Shown piece by piece: positions 47,353 to 57,214 of a stretch of DNA of 64,000 nt (positions are counted from its first letter, which is position 1; the number at the start of each line of letters is the position of its first letter). The stretch is from Anaerolineaceae bacterium (lineage in GTDB: Bacteria > Chloroflexota > Anaerolineae > Anaerolineales > Anaerolineaceae), in assembly GCA_034429135.1 (NCBI GenBank), contig DAOUGR010000034.1:12503-76502 (forward strand), read 5' to 3'. The notes beneath the pieces were generated by a model. The model did not search any database. It was not told the origin of the DNA and saw nothing but the letters and a program-made list of their open reading frames with translations. The position numbers and the translations under genes were made by a program.

Positions 47353-49935
47353 ATGATGGCAGATCTCCTTCACCTGATTAGCTGGTATCTCATTATTTCT
47401 CTGGTTGGTTTAGCAGCCTTGCCAATCGGATATCGTTTCTTTTCGCGTTTGCCGGGAAGGGGGATAACCCTGGCACGTCCTTTAGGGTTGCTGTTGTGGG
47501 GATTTCTCTTCTGGCTTTTGGCTTCTCTGGGAGTACTGCAAAACGATCTGGGTGGTGTGTTGCTGGCATTTGTTTGCCTGGCGGCCATCAGTTTGTGGGC
47601 AGGCACAGGCGGAAGGTTCCATGATTTATACCTATGGATTAAACAAAACTTACGGTTGGTGCTAACATCTGAGGGTTTGTTCCTGGTTGCATTTGTAGGT
47701 TGGGCAATCATTCGCGGTATGAATCCCGAAGCAGCCTACACAGAAAAACCGATGGAGCTGGCTTTCATCAACTCGATCCTGCGCTCTCCAAGCTTTCCTC
47801 CGCAGGATCCATGGCTTTCGGGTTACGCCATTTCATATTATTACTTTGGTTATGTATTGATTGCTATGATCACCCGGGTTTCGGGTGTGGCATCTTCTAT
47901 TGCTTTTAACTTGAGCAGTGCCTTATGGTTTGCTCTTACCGCCTCAGCCCTCTATGGCATCGTGCACGATCTCGTTCTCACATGGCTCGAAAGTAAACCG
48001 GGGAAACAGGAAAGTGCCGCGCGTAAGTATGCCGCCCGCGCATCCGGTTTTCTAGGTCCGCTCTTTGTCTTGATTGCTAGCACGTACGAAGGCGTGCTGG
48101 AATTTCTACATTCTGGGGGAGTTTTCTGGCATCAGACGGCTGATGGGGTCTGGGAATCTAAGTTCTGGAGCTGGCTGGCCATATCTGATCTGGATGAAGC
48201 GCCGATATCACCATTCAACTGGATTCCATCGCGCGGTGGTTGGTTGTGGTGGAGAGGATCCAGGGTTTTGCAGGATCTGAGCCTTTCGAACACTAAGATC
48301 GAAGTCATTGATGAGTTTCCATTTTTCTCATATTTGCTCTCCGATTTACATCCGCATGTGTTGGGTATGCCGTTCGTTTTACTCGCCCTGGGTGTTAGTC
48401 TCAATTTATTCCTTGGTTCAGATCAATTTTTTTCAAAGTTTCACAGCATTCAAAGCTGGATGCGAAACTGGTCGTTCTGGTTGACCGCATTGATTTTGGG
48501 CAGTCTGGCATTTATCAATACGTGGGATTTTCCAATTTATGTTGGTTTATTCTGTTTTATCTGGGGCTATGTTCGTTACCGGCGGAATGGTTGGAACTGG
48601 AAGATATTCTGGGAATTGATCAAGAATGGATTAATCCTCGGAGTAACCGGGATTTTCCTGTTCTTACCGTTTTACATTGGCTTTGCTTCTCAGGCTGGCG
48701 GCATTTTACCATCTCTGGAATACATGACCCGCGGGATTCATTTCTGGATCCTGTTCGGGGTGCTTTTGGTGCCAATTTTTATCTGGCTGGTTTACAAAAT
48801 CACCAAGGCCAAAGATCCAGCCAATTTGAAAAAAGGGCTGATCTTTACCAGCATTATTTTTATTGGCTTATTCTTGTTGATGACCCTGTACGGAGCGTTT
48901 GCTTTTGGATTGTCAGGTATGGGATCGTCGCTAGTTGAATCATCAAATTACTTTGTCTCCCGCCTGGGATCAAGGATGATCATGGGAGGCGAAGCCTTTA
49001 CCAGCCTGCATGGGAGTAATCAGTTTTCAGAAGTAATCCGGGCGACCATACTGCGAAGAGCGCAATCTCCGGGAACCTGGTTGACACTTGGAGTCATGTT
49101 GTTAATGACATTGGCATTGCTGATTTCACGCCAACAGAATCAGGTTGAAGAAACCACTCAGCCAGCCACTGATGAGATTGCCATAAAGAAGCCAGAAGCT
49201 GAACATTTCGTTCTAATTCTTGTCCTTTTCGGGCTTACGCTAACGATCTTTCCTGAATTCTTTTATCTGCGAGATCAATTCGGCTGGCGCATGAATACGA
49301 TCTTCAAGTTTTACTTTCAGGCCTGGATCCTGTGGGGAATAGCGGCAGCCATCGCGAGCGCGTGGCTCTTTCGGTCTCTTGCCCGGTGGAAAGGTTTTCT
49401 CTATCAAATGGCCTGGATTGTCTCACTCATTGCCGGGCTTGCATACCCGCTGTTAATGTTATGGAATAAAACGGAAAAATTTTCTTTCGTGAATTGGACG
49501 CTAGATGGTAATGCTTATTATGCTGAATACTACCCTGATGATTACGATGCCATCGTTTGGCTTCAAAATGCGCCATTGGGGATTGTAAGTGAAGCGGTTG
49601 GAGGAAGTTACACAGAATACGCGCGAGTTTCAACGCGCTCTGGGCAGCCGACTGTGCTCGGTTGGCCAGGACATGAGAGCCAATGGCGCGGGGGCGCAGC
49701 AGAAATGGGTTCCAGGTTTGAGGACATGCAGAGACTGTATGAAACGAAATCATGGGAGACAGCAGCCGCGATCATTGAAGCATACGATATTCGATATATT
49801 TATATCGGTGGGCTGGAGTGGTCTACCTATGCGGTCAATATCGAAAAATTTGATCAGATGCTTGAACCCGTTTACAATAATCAGAGTGTTGTGATCTATG
49901 AAGTGCCATCTGATCTTGGAGATCTCAACCCATGA
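47353..49935 (+). CDS. Chlor_Arch_YYY/DUF2298 family polytopic membrane protein (860 aa)
   Basis: YTEKPMELAFINSILRSPSFPPQDPWLSGYAISYYYFGY. Clear paralogy to module 2 of the upstream protein, for example LPGRGITLARPLGLLLWGFLFWLLASLG vs LPDRGYAFSRLTGLILLAYFTWLVASLG. The C-terminal VLGWPGHESQWRG box is shared. Confidence 0.8.
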   Translation: MMADLLHLISWYLIISLVGLAALPIGYRFFSRLPGRGITLARPLGLLLWGFLFWLLASLGVLQNDLGGVLLAFVCLAAISLWAGTGGRFHDLYLWIKQNLRLVLTSEGLFLVAFVGWAIIRGMNPEAAYTEKPMELAFINSILRSPSFPPQDPWLSGYAISYYYFGYVLIAMITRVSGVASSIAFNLSSALWFALTASALYGIVHDLVLTWLESKPGKQESAARKYAARASGFLGPLFVLIASTYEGVLEFLHSGGVFWHQTADGVWESKFWSWLAISDLDEAPISPFNWIPSRGGWLWWRGSRVLQDLSLSNTKIEVIDEFPFFSYLLSDLHPHVLGMPFVLLALGVSLNLFLGSDQFFSKFHSIQSWMRNWSFWLTALILGSLAFINTWDFPIYVGLFCFIWGYVRYRRNGWNWKIFWELIKNGLILGVTGIFLFLPFYIGFASQAGGILPSLEYMTRGIHFWILFGVLLVPIFIWLVYKITKAKDPANLKKGLIFTSIIFIGLFLLMTLYGAFAFGLSGMGSSLVESSNYFVSRLGSRMIMGGEAFTSLHGSNQFSEVIRATILRRAQSPGTWLTLGVMLLMTLALLISRQQNQVEETTQPATDEIAIKKPEAEHFVLILVLFGLTLTIFPEFFYLRDQFGWRMNTIFKFYFQAWILWGIAAAIASAWLFRSLARWKGFLYQMAWIVSLIAGLAYPLLMLWNKTEKFSFVNWTLDGNAYYAEYYPDDYDAIVWLQNAPLGIVSEAVGGSYTEYARVSTRSGQPTVLGWPGHESQWRGGAAEMGSRFEDMQRLYETKSWETAAAIIEAYDIRYIYIGGLEWSTYAVNIEKFDQMLEPVYNNQSVVIYEVPSDLGDLNP

Positions 49936-51632
49936 GCATCGAAACAATGCAATCACGTAAAGTTTCTTTAGAATATGCAGTTTATGCATTCATCCTGGTT
50001 GCCGCATTGGCTTTCAGGTTTCTGGCATTGGGAATGACACCCCTCAACAATGACGAGGCTCATCTGGCAATTGAGGCTCTGAATGTATCCCGGGGCAACG
50101 AAGTTTCGATTTCTGGTCAACCCGGTTATGTTTCATTGACCTCAATTCTGTTTTCCATTTTTAGCGATTCCAATTTCTTTGCCCGGTTCTGGCCGGCGTT
50201 AATCGGGTCGCTGCTGGTGCTGCTTCCTGTGCTTTTCCGCGATCAGGTTGGAAAGAACACCGCGCTTATCCTTTCTCTGTTATTGGCTTTTGATCCGTTT
50301 TTAATCACGATCTCCCGCTCAGCCAACGGGGGGATTTTTGCGCTCACTGGAGTAATGGCCGGAATCGGTTTCTGGCGGATTAAAAAGCCAGTTCTTGCCG
50401 GAATTGGCTTTGGCCTTGCTTTGCTGGGTGGTGTGGATCTCTGGGGTGGGTTGATGGCCATTGGATTGGCTTATCTTGCAACTTTTAAGATTCGAAAACA
50501 AGTTTTGAATGCAGAAAAAAATGAAAATCAGAAAAAACAAGTGAGAGTGGCCATCGTCAGCCTCTTGATTACTCTGATCGCTCTTGCAACCGTTTTTCTC
50601 ACTCGCCCGGCAATCATCAGTGCTGTTGGCTCGAGTCTTGTGGAATATATTCAGTCTTGGGGGGCAGCATTCACAATACCATTCACTTCGGCAGCATTTT
50701 TGTGGTTGCTGATTCAAATTCCTGTAATTGGGCTTGGACTCTGGGGGTTGTTGAGTGGGATTAAAAGAAATGACCCTAAAGTTGGTTTTCTGGGAATTTG
50801 GTGGGGAATTCAATTCGTGTTGTCTGTAATGAATCCTGCAAGGAACCTGGCTGAGTTGTTTTGGGTATCCCTGCCCATGCTGATTCTGGCTTCTATGGCT
50901 ATTGAAAAATTTTTCAACCAGCAAAAATCTGAAAATCGATGGGTATTCCTGGCTGAAATCGTTCTGGTGGTGGCTTTGTGCGTCTTTTCGTTGATGAACT
51001 TTACAGCGCTGGTAAATTCGAACAGTGTGGATGCTGAAACCATGCGGAATCGGATTATTGGAACGCTATTGCCACTCGTGCTGCTGGCCGTGGTCACACT
51101 GCTTTTTGCGTGGGGGTGGTCGCTGGTTTCCACCCGGCGTGGTTTCATCATAGGGCTTGGATTGATACTGTTCGCCGGTTGGTTTGGATCTTCCTGGAAG
51201 GCTGCAGACCTGGGCTCACGCCCCGAGTTTGAGTTTAAATTTGGTGGCGAGACACCAGTCGGGTCAGAAATCTTGTTATCATCCATATCTGACCTGTCAC
51301 GTTGGACAACCAGCCAGGCAAATCGCATCGATATTCAAATTGCAGGTCTAGAATTAGATTCGTTATCATGGGCTTTGAGAAATTTCGAAAATCTAAGACA
51401 TGAAACGAAATTTAATCCGAATTCGACATCGTCGATCATTTTGACTCCAGTTGAAACAGAAATTCAGGGCGTCAGTGCATATCGTGGACAAAAAATTCTC
51501 TGGTCGGCGAGGCCAGATTTTGCCGAGATGACACTTCGGGATTGGATGAAATGGGCACTCTTCAGGACGGGCCCTCAACAAGAAACTGAACTGGTCTTCT
51601 GGGCAAAGAACACCTTGTTTTTTGAGAATTAA
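49932..51632 (+). CDS. Polytopic membrane protein, PMT/ArnT-like (GT-C-type) candidate glycosyltransferase
   Basis: About 12 TM helices with a DE dipeptide in the first external loop (LNNDEAHLAIEAL). C-terminal approx. 170-aa soluble domain. ATGA overlap with the upstream YYY gene. The family assignment is tentative. Confidence 0.5.
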   Translation: MSIETMQSRKVSLEYAVYAFILVAALAFRFLALGMTPLNNDEAHLAIEALNVSRGNEVSISGQPGYVSLTSILFSIFSDSNFFARFWPALIGSLLVLLPVLFRDQVGKNTALILSLLLAFDPFLITISRSANGGIFALTGVMAGIGFWRIKKPVLAGIGFGLALLGGVDLWGGLMAIGLAYLATFKIRKQVLNAEKNENQKKQVRVAIVSLLITLIALATVFLTRPAIISAVGSSLVEYIQSWGAAFTIPFTSAAFLWLLIQIPVIGLGLWGLLSGIKRNDPKVGFLGIWWGIQFVLSVMNPARNLAELFWVSLPMLILASMAIEKFFNQQKSENRWVFLAEIVLVVALCVFSLMNFTALVNSNSVDAETMRNRIIGTLLPLVLLAVVTLLFAWGWSLVSTRRGFIIGLGLILFAGWFGSSWKAADLGSRPEFEFKFGGETPVGSEILLSSISDLSRWTTSQANRIDIQIAGLELDSLSWALRNFENLRHETKFNPNSTSSIILTPVETEIQGVSAYRGQKILWSARPDFAEMTLRDWMKWALFRTGPQQETELVFWAKNTLFFEN

Positions 51633-51658
51633 TAACTTGAACTTTAGAGGAGATACTA

Positions 51659-52363
51659 TTGACCACACCACTCTCATCCATCGTTATCGCCATTGACGGC
51701 CCTGCTGCATCTGGAAAATCAACACTGGCGGAAAAGCTGGCGAAACAATTAGGTTTTTTCTATTTTGACACAGGGGTCATGTATCGAGCAGTCACGCTGG
51801 CTGTGATCACACATGGCATTCATGTGGATGATGAGGAAGCAATCACAAGTTTGGCAAATGAAATCGACATTGATGTACAGCCTCCATCAAAGCAAGATGG
51901 ACGAATGATGGATGTGTTGGTTGATGGCAAGGATGTTACCTGGGAGATTCGCACCCCGGTTGTAGATCAAAATGTTTCGAAGGTTTCGGCCTATGCTGGG
52001 GTTCGCACGGCAATGACCAACCAGCAGCGCCGTATTGGATTGCGCGGTGATGTGGTGATGGTGGGGCGGGATATTGGAACGGTGGTTTTTCCGGATGCTG
52101 AATATAAGATTTACCTGGATGCATCGCCAGAAGAACGCGCAAATCGCCGGTATAAGGAAAAGATTGCCCGGGGAGAAAATGCTTCGTATGAAGAGATCTT
52201 AAGTTCGATCAAACGCAGAGATAAGATCGATTCCACGCGGACAATCGCACCATTAAAAGCCGCACAAGATGCGATCATCATTGACACCGACGGGAAAACC
52301 ATTGAAGAAGTACTGGAAGAAACCCTTTCACATTTACACATCAAACCCAAAAATGTTGGATAA
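51659..52363 (+). CDS. cmk: Cytidylate kinase
   Basis: IAIDGPAASGKST P-loop, FYFDTGVMYR and VMVGRDIGTVVFPDA. TTG start preceded by AGAGGAG. Confidence 0.9.
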   Translation: MTTPLSSIVIAIDGPAASGKSTLAEKLAKQLGFFYFDTGVMYRAVTLAVITHGIHVDDEEAITSLANEIDIDVQPPSKQDGRMMDVLVDGKDVTWEIRTPVVDQNVSKVSAYAGVRTAMTNQQRRIGLRGDVVMVGRDIGTVVFPDAEYKIYLDASPEERANRRYKEKIARGENASYEEILSSIKRRDKIDSTRTIAPLKAAQDAIIIDTDGKTIEEVLEETLSHLHIKPKNVG

Positions 52364-52440
52364 TTAAGCTTGTAAAAATCTGTCTGTATCAGGGGCAGAG
52401 TCACAGAGTTTTCTAGCAGGCGCGGTTTCAGGAGGAAATC

Positions 52441-53778
52441 ATGTGCGATACGGTTGTTGCACTGGCGAATTCGACATATGACGGAAGCGTGATCTTTGGG
52501 AAAAATTCTGACCGCGAACCCAATGAGGCGCATGAGGTAATCATCATCCCTGCGGCAACTCATCCTGCGGGGGCCACGGTCAAATGTACCTACCTTGAAA
52601 TTCCACAAGTTCGTGAAACATGCCGGGTCTTGCTGGCCAAACCTTTTTGGATTTGGGGCGCTGAGATGGGCTCCAACGAATTTGGTGTCACGATCGGTAA
52701 TGAAGCAGTGTTCACCAAAACGCCATATAACAAACAGGCTGGGCTGATTGGGATGGATTTTCTGCGACTGGCTCTTGAACGTTCAGATACTGCAGCCAAA
52801 GCCCTGGATGTAATCATTAAGTTACTCGAAGAATATGGCCAGGGCGGCAACTGTGGTTGTGCACATTCCTTTTATTACCACAACAGTTTCCTGATCTGCG
52901 ATAATGAAGAAGCCTGGGTGCTTGAAACCTCTGGTAAGGAATGGGCGGCAGAAAAAGTGGTTGATGTGCGCTCTATATCGAATGCGATCACGATCGGGAA
53001 TAAATGGGACAAGGCTTCTGCGAATCTCGTAACCAACGCCATCAAAAATGGATGGTGTAAATCAGAAGAGGATTTCAACTTTGCTCGTTGTTACTCAGAG
53101 CCAATTTATACCAGGTTCAGCGATGCCAAACGAAGGCAAACTTTTACCATGCAGAAGCTCACCGCAGCCAAACAGGGAATTACCCCAAAAACGATTATGG
53201 GATTACTCCGTTCACATGCCGGAGACAACGACCCGAGTTGGTCACCTGATAGGGGGATTACCGGGGCGGATGTCTGTATGCACGCCGGATGGGGTCCGAT
53301 CCGTACCAGTCAAACGGCGGGATCAATGGTATCCGTCTTGCGCAAAGGCGAACCACCGCTTCACTGGGTGACTGGAACCGCAGCTCCATGCACGTCAATA
53401 TTCAAACCAGTCTGGATAGATGCCGGATTGCCTGAAACTGGGGGACCTCTCTCTAGTCGATATGATCGTTCAACCCTGTACTGGCGACATGAATTGCTGC
53501 ATAGAGAAATTTTGCGAGATTACAGTCTGCGTATTCGTATAATCCGTGCAGATCAGGAGCGGATCGAAAATAATCTGATTAATGAAGTTGAAAATTGCCG
53601 CAAGGCATCCGTTGAAATTCGTCGAGCCATGACGAAATCAGCTTTCGAGCAGGTAGAGCAGGCAGAAGAGAAGTGGATGGAAAACATTGCTTCGCAACCT
53701 GTCAGCCGAAGAAACTCTCTCCTTTATCAAATCGCATGGAATCAATTTAATAAAAAAGCCGGAATCAGTTCGCTTTAA
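52441..53778 (+). CDS. Ntn-hydrolase, peptidase C69 / secernin-like
   Basis: MCDTVVAL, with Cys2 as the predicted N-terminal nucleophile, then GKNSDREPNEAHEV and AKPFWIWGAEMGSNEFGV. No signal peptide. Confidence 0.55.
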   Translation: MCDTVVALANSTYDGSVIFGKNSDREPNEAHEVIIIPAATHPAGATVKCTYLEIPQVRETCRVLLAKPFWIWGAEMGSNEFGVTIGNEAVFTKTPYNKQAGLIGMDFLRLALERSDTAAKALDVIIKLLEEYGQGGNCGCAHSFYYHNSFLICDNEEAWVLETSGKEWAAEKVVDVRSISNAITIGNKWDKASANLVTNAIKNGWCKSEEDFNFARCYSEPIYTRFSDAKRRQTFTMQKLTAAKQGITPKTIMGLLRSHAGDNDPSWSPDRGITGADVCMHAGWGPIRTSQTAGSMVSVLRKGEPPLHWVTGTAAPCTSIFKPVWIDAGLPETGGPLSSRYDRSTLYWRHELLHREILRDYSLRIRIIRADQERIENNLINEVENCRKASVEIRRAMTKSAFEQVEQAEEKWMENIASQPVSRRNSLLYQIAWNQFNKKAGISSL

Positions 53779-53785
53779 GAATACC

Positions 53786-56700
53786 ATGGTCATATTGCAT
53801 CTGCTGGATTCATCACCATACTTTGATACCCCATATCACCTGATTGGGTGGCTGGGTTGGTTCGTGATGGCCGCTATGATCCTGTGGGTGCTCAGGCAAA
53901 ACTGGAAGGTTGAGGTTTCGAAAAATTTTTGGACCAGGTTAGGATTCCTGGCAATTGCCACAGTGATCTGTACGCTTTTTGTGGGAATTGAAATTCCTTT
54001 TGAAGATACGCTGCCTCTGCCAAATGTGCCTGTGGATACGACGATACCGGTTGTAATGGTATTTTCCTTTTTGCCCTTGATGCTCGCCAGTGGGTTATTA
54101 GGAGTATGGCCGGCGGTCCTACTCGGGTTTCTGAGCGGAATTTTTAATGCTTTATGGAATAAGCACTCAGTTTTTACACCATTGGAATCCGCATCGATCA
54201 CCCTGTTGCTTTGCCTTGCCCTCCGGCAGGATTACCGCACTCGGTTCTTTCGTTTTCTCAGACATCCAATCGGCGCCGCGCTGATTGTATCTTTGCTAAC
54301 CGCGCCGATATTTCTCGTCAGCACCTTTTTTAGCACAAATGGCTCGTTTGCGGCCAGATTGGATTATTCTTTTACCCAGTCCTGGATTTTGATGGCGATT
54401 AACAGCATCGAAATTCTTTACGCTGGATTATTATGCGAATTATTTTCTGTAACGAAGCTCAAAAGGTGGGTAAAGTTTGGTAACCTGCGACCATCGCCGA
54501 TTGAAACTGGCTTACAGAATCGCATCTTATACACAGCGCTTCCGATGGTGATTGTGCTGCTCTTGACACTGGTGATTGCCGATTGGGTGGTGGCAGGTAG
54601 AGCTGCCCGAGAAATCATGATCAACCAACTCGAAAACTCGGCAAAAATCGCAGCCGAGAATATTCCGTCCATTCTTGAAACAGGACAAAGTCTGACAACG
54701 TCGCTGGTTGAGCTTGATTTACCGATGAACGAAAAGGAAGAACTGCGAATTTTATTAAAAAATAAGATCAGAGAGATACCGTTTTTTAATCAATTATTCA
54801 TTTTTGACCTTACTGGTTCACCAATCATAGGATATCCGCAGGCAACACTGGAGGAATTTCGTATCTCTTCTGAAGAACAGGCTGCAATTCGACTGGCACT
54901 GAATGGTGTGCTGGTGCAAAGTTATGTCATTCCTCCCAACCCTGGGGAGCAATCGGCTATGATTGCGTTCATAGCAGCAATTCCTGATGAATATGGGCTT
55001 GCCAAAGGGGTTGTGATTGCACGCACCAGTTTTTCGATCAATCTCTTTTCCCAGCCGGCTATCCTGGCTCTTGAAAATATTAAAGAATCAGGCGGAGAAG
55101 GCGCAATCCTTGATGAGTCAAATGTCGTTCTTTTCCACACAAACCCAAGTCTGGTGATGAGCACTTATGAAGGAGTGATTCCTGAAATCTCGGGGTATGT
55201 GGAGGATACAGGAACAACCGGGACACGTCAAATGCTATATGCGGCCATTGATCGTGAGAGGGGTTGGAAGGTTATCCTTTCTCTGCCTGCCAGTTACTCT
55301 CAGGAACTTGCTCTGCGCATAGCCGTTCCGTTGCTGGTAATCTCGCTGGTCATTTCATCGCTGGCTTTCGTGCTCTTGCGTTATATGATGAAGACGTTGA
55401 CCAATTCATTGGTTAACCTGGCAGCCAGAGCTGATCAAATTTCTAAAGGCGAGTTGGAGGATAAGATTGAAGCGAAGGGGGTGGATGAGATCGGGAGGCT
55501 GGGAACGGCTTTTGAGCAAATGCGTATCAGTCTTAAATCACGACTGGAAGAACTGGATACCTTGCTCCATGTGTCTCAAGGGGTTGCTTCTAGCTTAAAT
55601 CTTGAATCTGCTTCTGCATACTTGTTGAAGGCGTTGTTGTCGTTTGGTGCAGATGCCGCCAGCCTGGTCTCGATGAAGCATCCATCAAGCAGTCTCGAAG
55701 AAGACTACGCGGTTTTTCGCAGTGGAGACGGGGCAGAACTCTATGCGTATTTAGACAAAATGCTCATCGATCCGTTGAAGGAAGAAAATATTTTGATCAT
55801 TCCCTCGAAAGCACGCATCAAGCGCATGGGTTTGCCGAAAGGGGCTCCGCTGCCTTCAGCTCTGGCAGCGATTGCAATCCACAATGGCGCCGACCTGACC
55901 GGCTGTTTATGGGTGGTATACGAACAGCCCCACCGGTTTCTGGAATCTGAAGTTCGTTTTCTCAATACCCTTGCCGGTCAGGCGGTCATGGCGGTCAATA
56001 ACTCGAATTTATATCTGAAGGCTGAAGTTGGAAAACGCAGACTGGAATCAGTGCTTTCTTCTACTCCAGAACCTGTGTTGGTGGTAAACGACAATGGAAG
56101 GGTGATCATCGCCAATCAGGCAGCGAAGCAGATGGAAGATATGATCCGGGTAAACGGCACCTCGGAAGAATCAGATGGCGAAATCATATCGGATGGATTA
56201 AAACAATTTCTGGCAACAGCCGGAACTGGCGAGAATAAGGCAGACGAACTCGAACTTGAAGATGGCAGAACCTACCTGGTTTCAGTATCTCCCGTTGAGG
56301 TGGAGCACGCGCTGGTAGGTAGAGTCTGTGTTCTGCGGGATGTAACGGAATATAAAGAATTGGAAAAGATGAAGTCTGAATACGTCTCAACGGTTAGCCA
56401 TGATCTGAAGGGACCTTTAAGTCTGATCCGTGGCTATGCTTCGATGCTTCAAATGGTTGGCGAGCTGAACGATCAACAACGCGAGTATTCTGCGAAAATT
56501 CTCAACGGTATCGATGAAATCTCCAGAATGACCGATAATCTTCTGGATATGAAAAGGATTGATTCGGGAATCGAACTCCAGTTAGAGAAATTCGTTCCAT
56601 CAGAATTATTTGATCAGGCCATTGAACAATTACAACCTCAAATCAAGAATCGGAAGATTCAAGTTCTGCGCGAATTGACCCTGTCACAAGATGTAACAAT

Positions 56701-57076
56701 TGAAGCAGATAAAGCATTATTGCAAAGAGCTTTGTATAATTTGCTGGAAAATGCGGTAAAATTCTCACCAATAGGCGGACATGTGAACCTGGGTATGCAG
56801 GTGACAGATAAATCTGTCATATTCGATATTCAGGACCACGGATCTGGAATTGCGCCGATAGATTTGCCTACGATCTTTGACAGGAAAAAGGGAAGTGAGA
56901 CCACTGGCAAAGGGCAGCCACGTGAGAGTGGAATTGGTTTGTCGATCGTGAAATCCATTGCAGAAAGACACCAGGGCAAAGTGTGGGTCGAAAGTTTGTT
57001 GGGGAAAGGATGCACTTTCCATTTGGAGGTTCCGATCTGGCAAAAGGGGAAAAAGAGTAGGAAATTGGACAATTGA
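53786..57076 (+). CDS. Multi-domain sensor histidine kinase (polytopic N-terminus, extracytoplasmic domain, HAMP, GAF, PAS, HisKA, HATPase_c)
   Basis: H-box SEYVSTVSHDLKGPL, N-box LLENAVKFSP, DHGSGI and GIGLSIV...GKGCTF. Start moved to the ATG at 53786, 8 nt after the upstream stop. The track extension overlaps the peptidase gene. Confidence 0.85.
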   Translation: MVILHLLDSSPYFDTPYHLIGWLGWFVMAAMILWVLRQNWKVEVSKNFWTRLGFLAIATVICTLFVGIEIPFEDTLPLPNVPVDTTIPVVMVFSFLPLMLASGLLGVWPAVLLGFLSGIFNALWNKHSVFTPLESASITLLLCLALRQDYRTRFFRFLRHPIGAALIVSLLTAPIFLVSTFFSTNGSFAARLDYSFTQSWILMAINSIEILYAGLLCELFSVTKLKRWVKFGNLRPSPIETGLQNRILYTALPMVIVLLLTLVIADWVVAGRAAREIMINQLENSAKIAAENIPSILETGQSLTTSLVELDLPMNEKEELRILLKNKIREIPFFNQLFIFDLTGSPIIGYPQATLEEFRISSEEQAAIRLALNGVLVQSYVIPPNPGEQSAMIAFIAAIPDEYGLAKGVVIARTSFSINLFSQPAILALENIKESGGEGAILDESNVVLFHTNPSLVMSTYEGVIPEISGYVEDTGTTGTRQMLYAAIDRERGWKVILSLPASYSQELALRIAVPLLVISLVISSLAFVLLRYMMKTLTNSLVNLAARADQISKGELEDKIEAKGVDEIGRLGTAFEQMRISLKSRLEELDTLLHVSQGVASSLNLESASAYLLKALLSFGADAASLVSMKHPSSSLEEDYAVFRSGDGAELYAYLDKMLIDPLKEENILIIPSKARIKRMGLPKGAPLPSALAAIAIHNGADLTGCLWVVYEQPHRFLESEVRFLNTLAGQAVMAVNNSNLYLKAEVGKRRLESVLSSTPEPVLVVNDNGRVIIANQAAKQMEDMIRVNGTSEESDGEIISDGLKQFLATAGTGENKADELELEDGRTYLVSVSPVEVEHALVGRVCVLRDVTEYKELEKMKSEYVSTVSHDLKGPLSLIRGYASMLQMVGELNDQQREYSAKILNGIDEISRMTDNLLDMKRIDSGIELQLEKFVPSELFDQAIEQLQPQIKNRKIQVLRELTLSQDVTIEADKALLQRALYNLLENAVKFSPIGGHVNLGMQVTDKSVIFDIQDHGSGIAPIDLPTIFDRKKGSETTGKGQPRESGIGLSIVKSIAERHQGKVWVESLLGKGCTFHLEVPIWQKGKKSRKLDN

Positions 57077-57099
57077 ATTTATAAATTGTGTGGTAAAAT
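57073..57099 (+). promoter_or_regulatory. Candidate extended -10 promoter upstream of rpoC
   Basis: TTGAAT (57073-57078), a 15-nt spacer, then TGgTAAAAT (57091-57099). The spacer is short, so this is tentative. Confidence 0.3.
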
Positions 57100-57214
57100 A
57101 TTCATTTGCATGTATAAAATGGATGATTCTTTACTTTTCTAACAGCGCAAGCCCCAAATTAATTGCGCTGCTATGCGTTTAACCCGCTCCAGGTTTCTCA
57201 TTCAGGAGGCATTA

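Noticed and set aside
50319-51328. Two long minus-strand ORFs (201 aa and 172 aa).
   Set aside because: They are antisense to the 566-aa polytopic membrane protein gene. Their composition (Pro/Asn/Ser/Gln-rich, no domains) is what is expected for the reverse frame of a hydrophobic coding region.
53687-53785. 33-codon N-terminal extension of the histidine kinase overlapping the C69-like peptidase gene.
   Set aside because: An in-frame ATG at 53786, 8 nt after the peptidase stop, starts directly at the first hydrophobic segment. The extension has no independent support.
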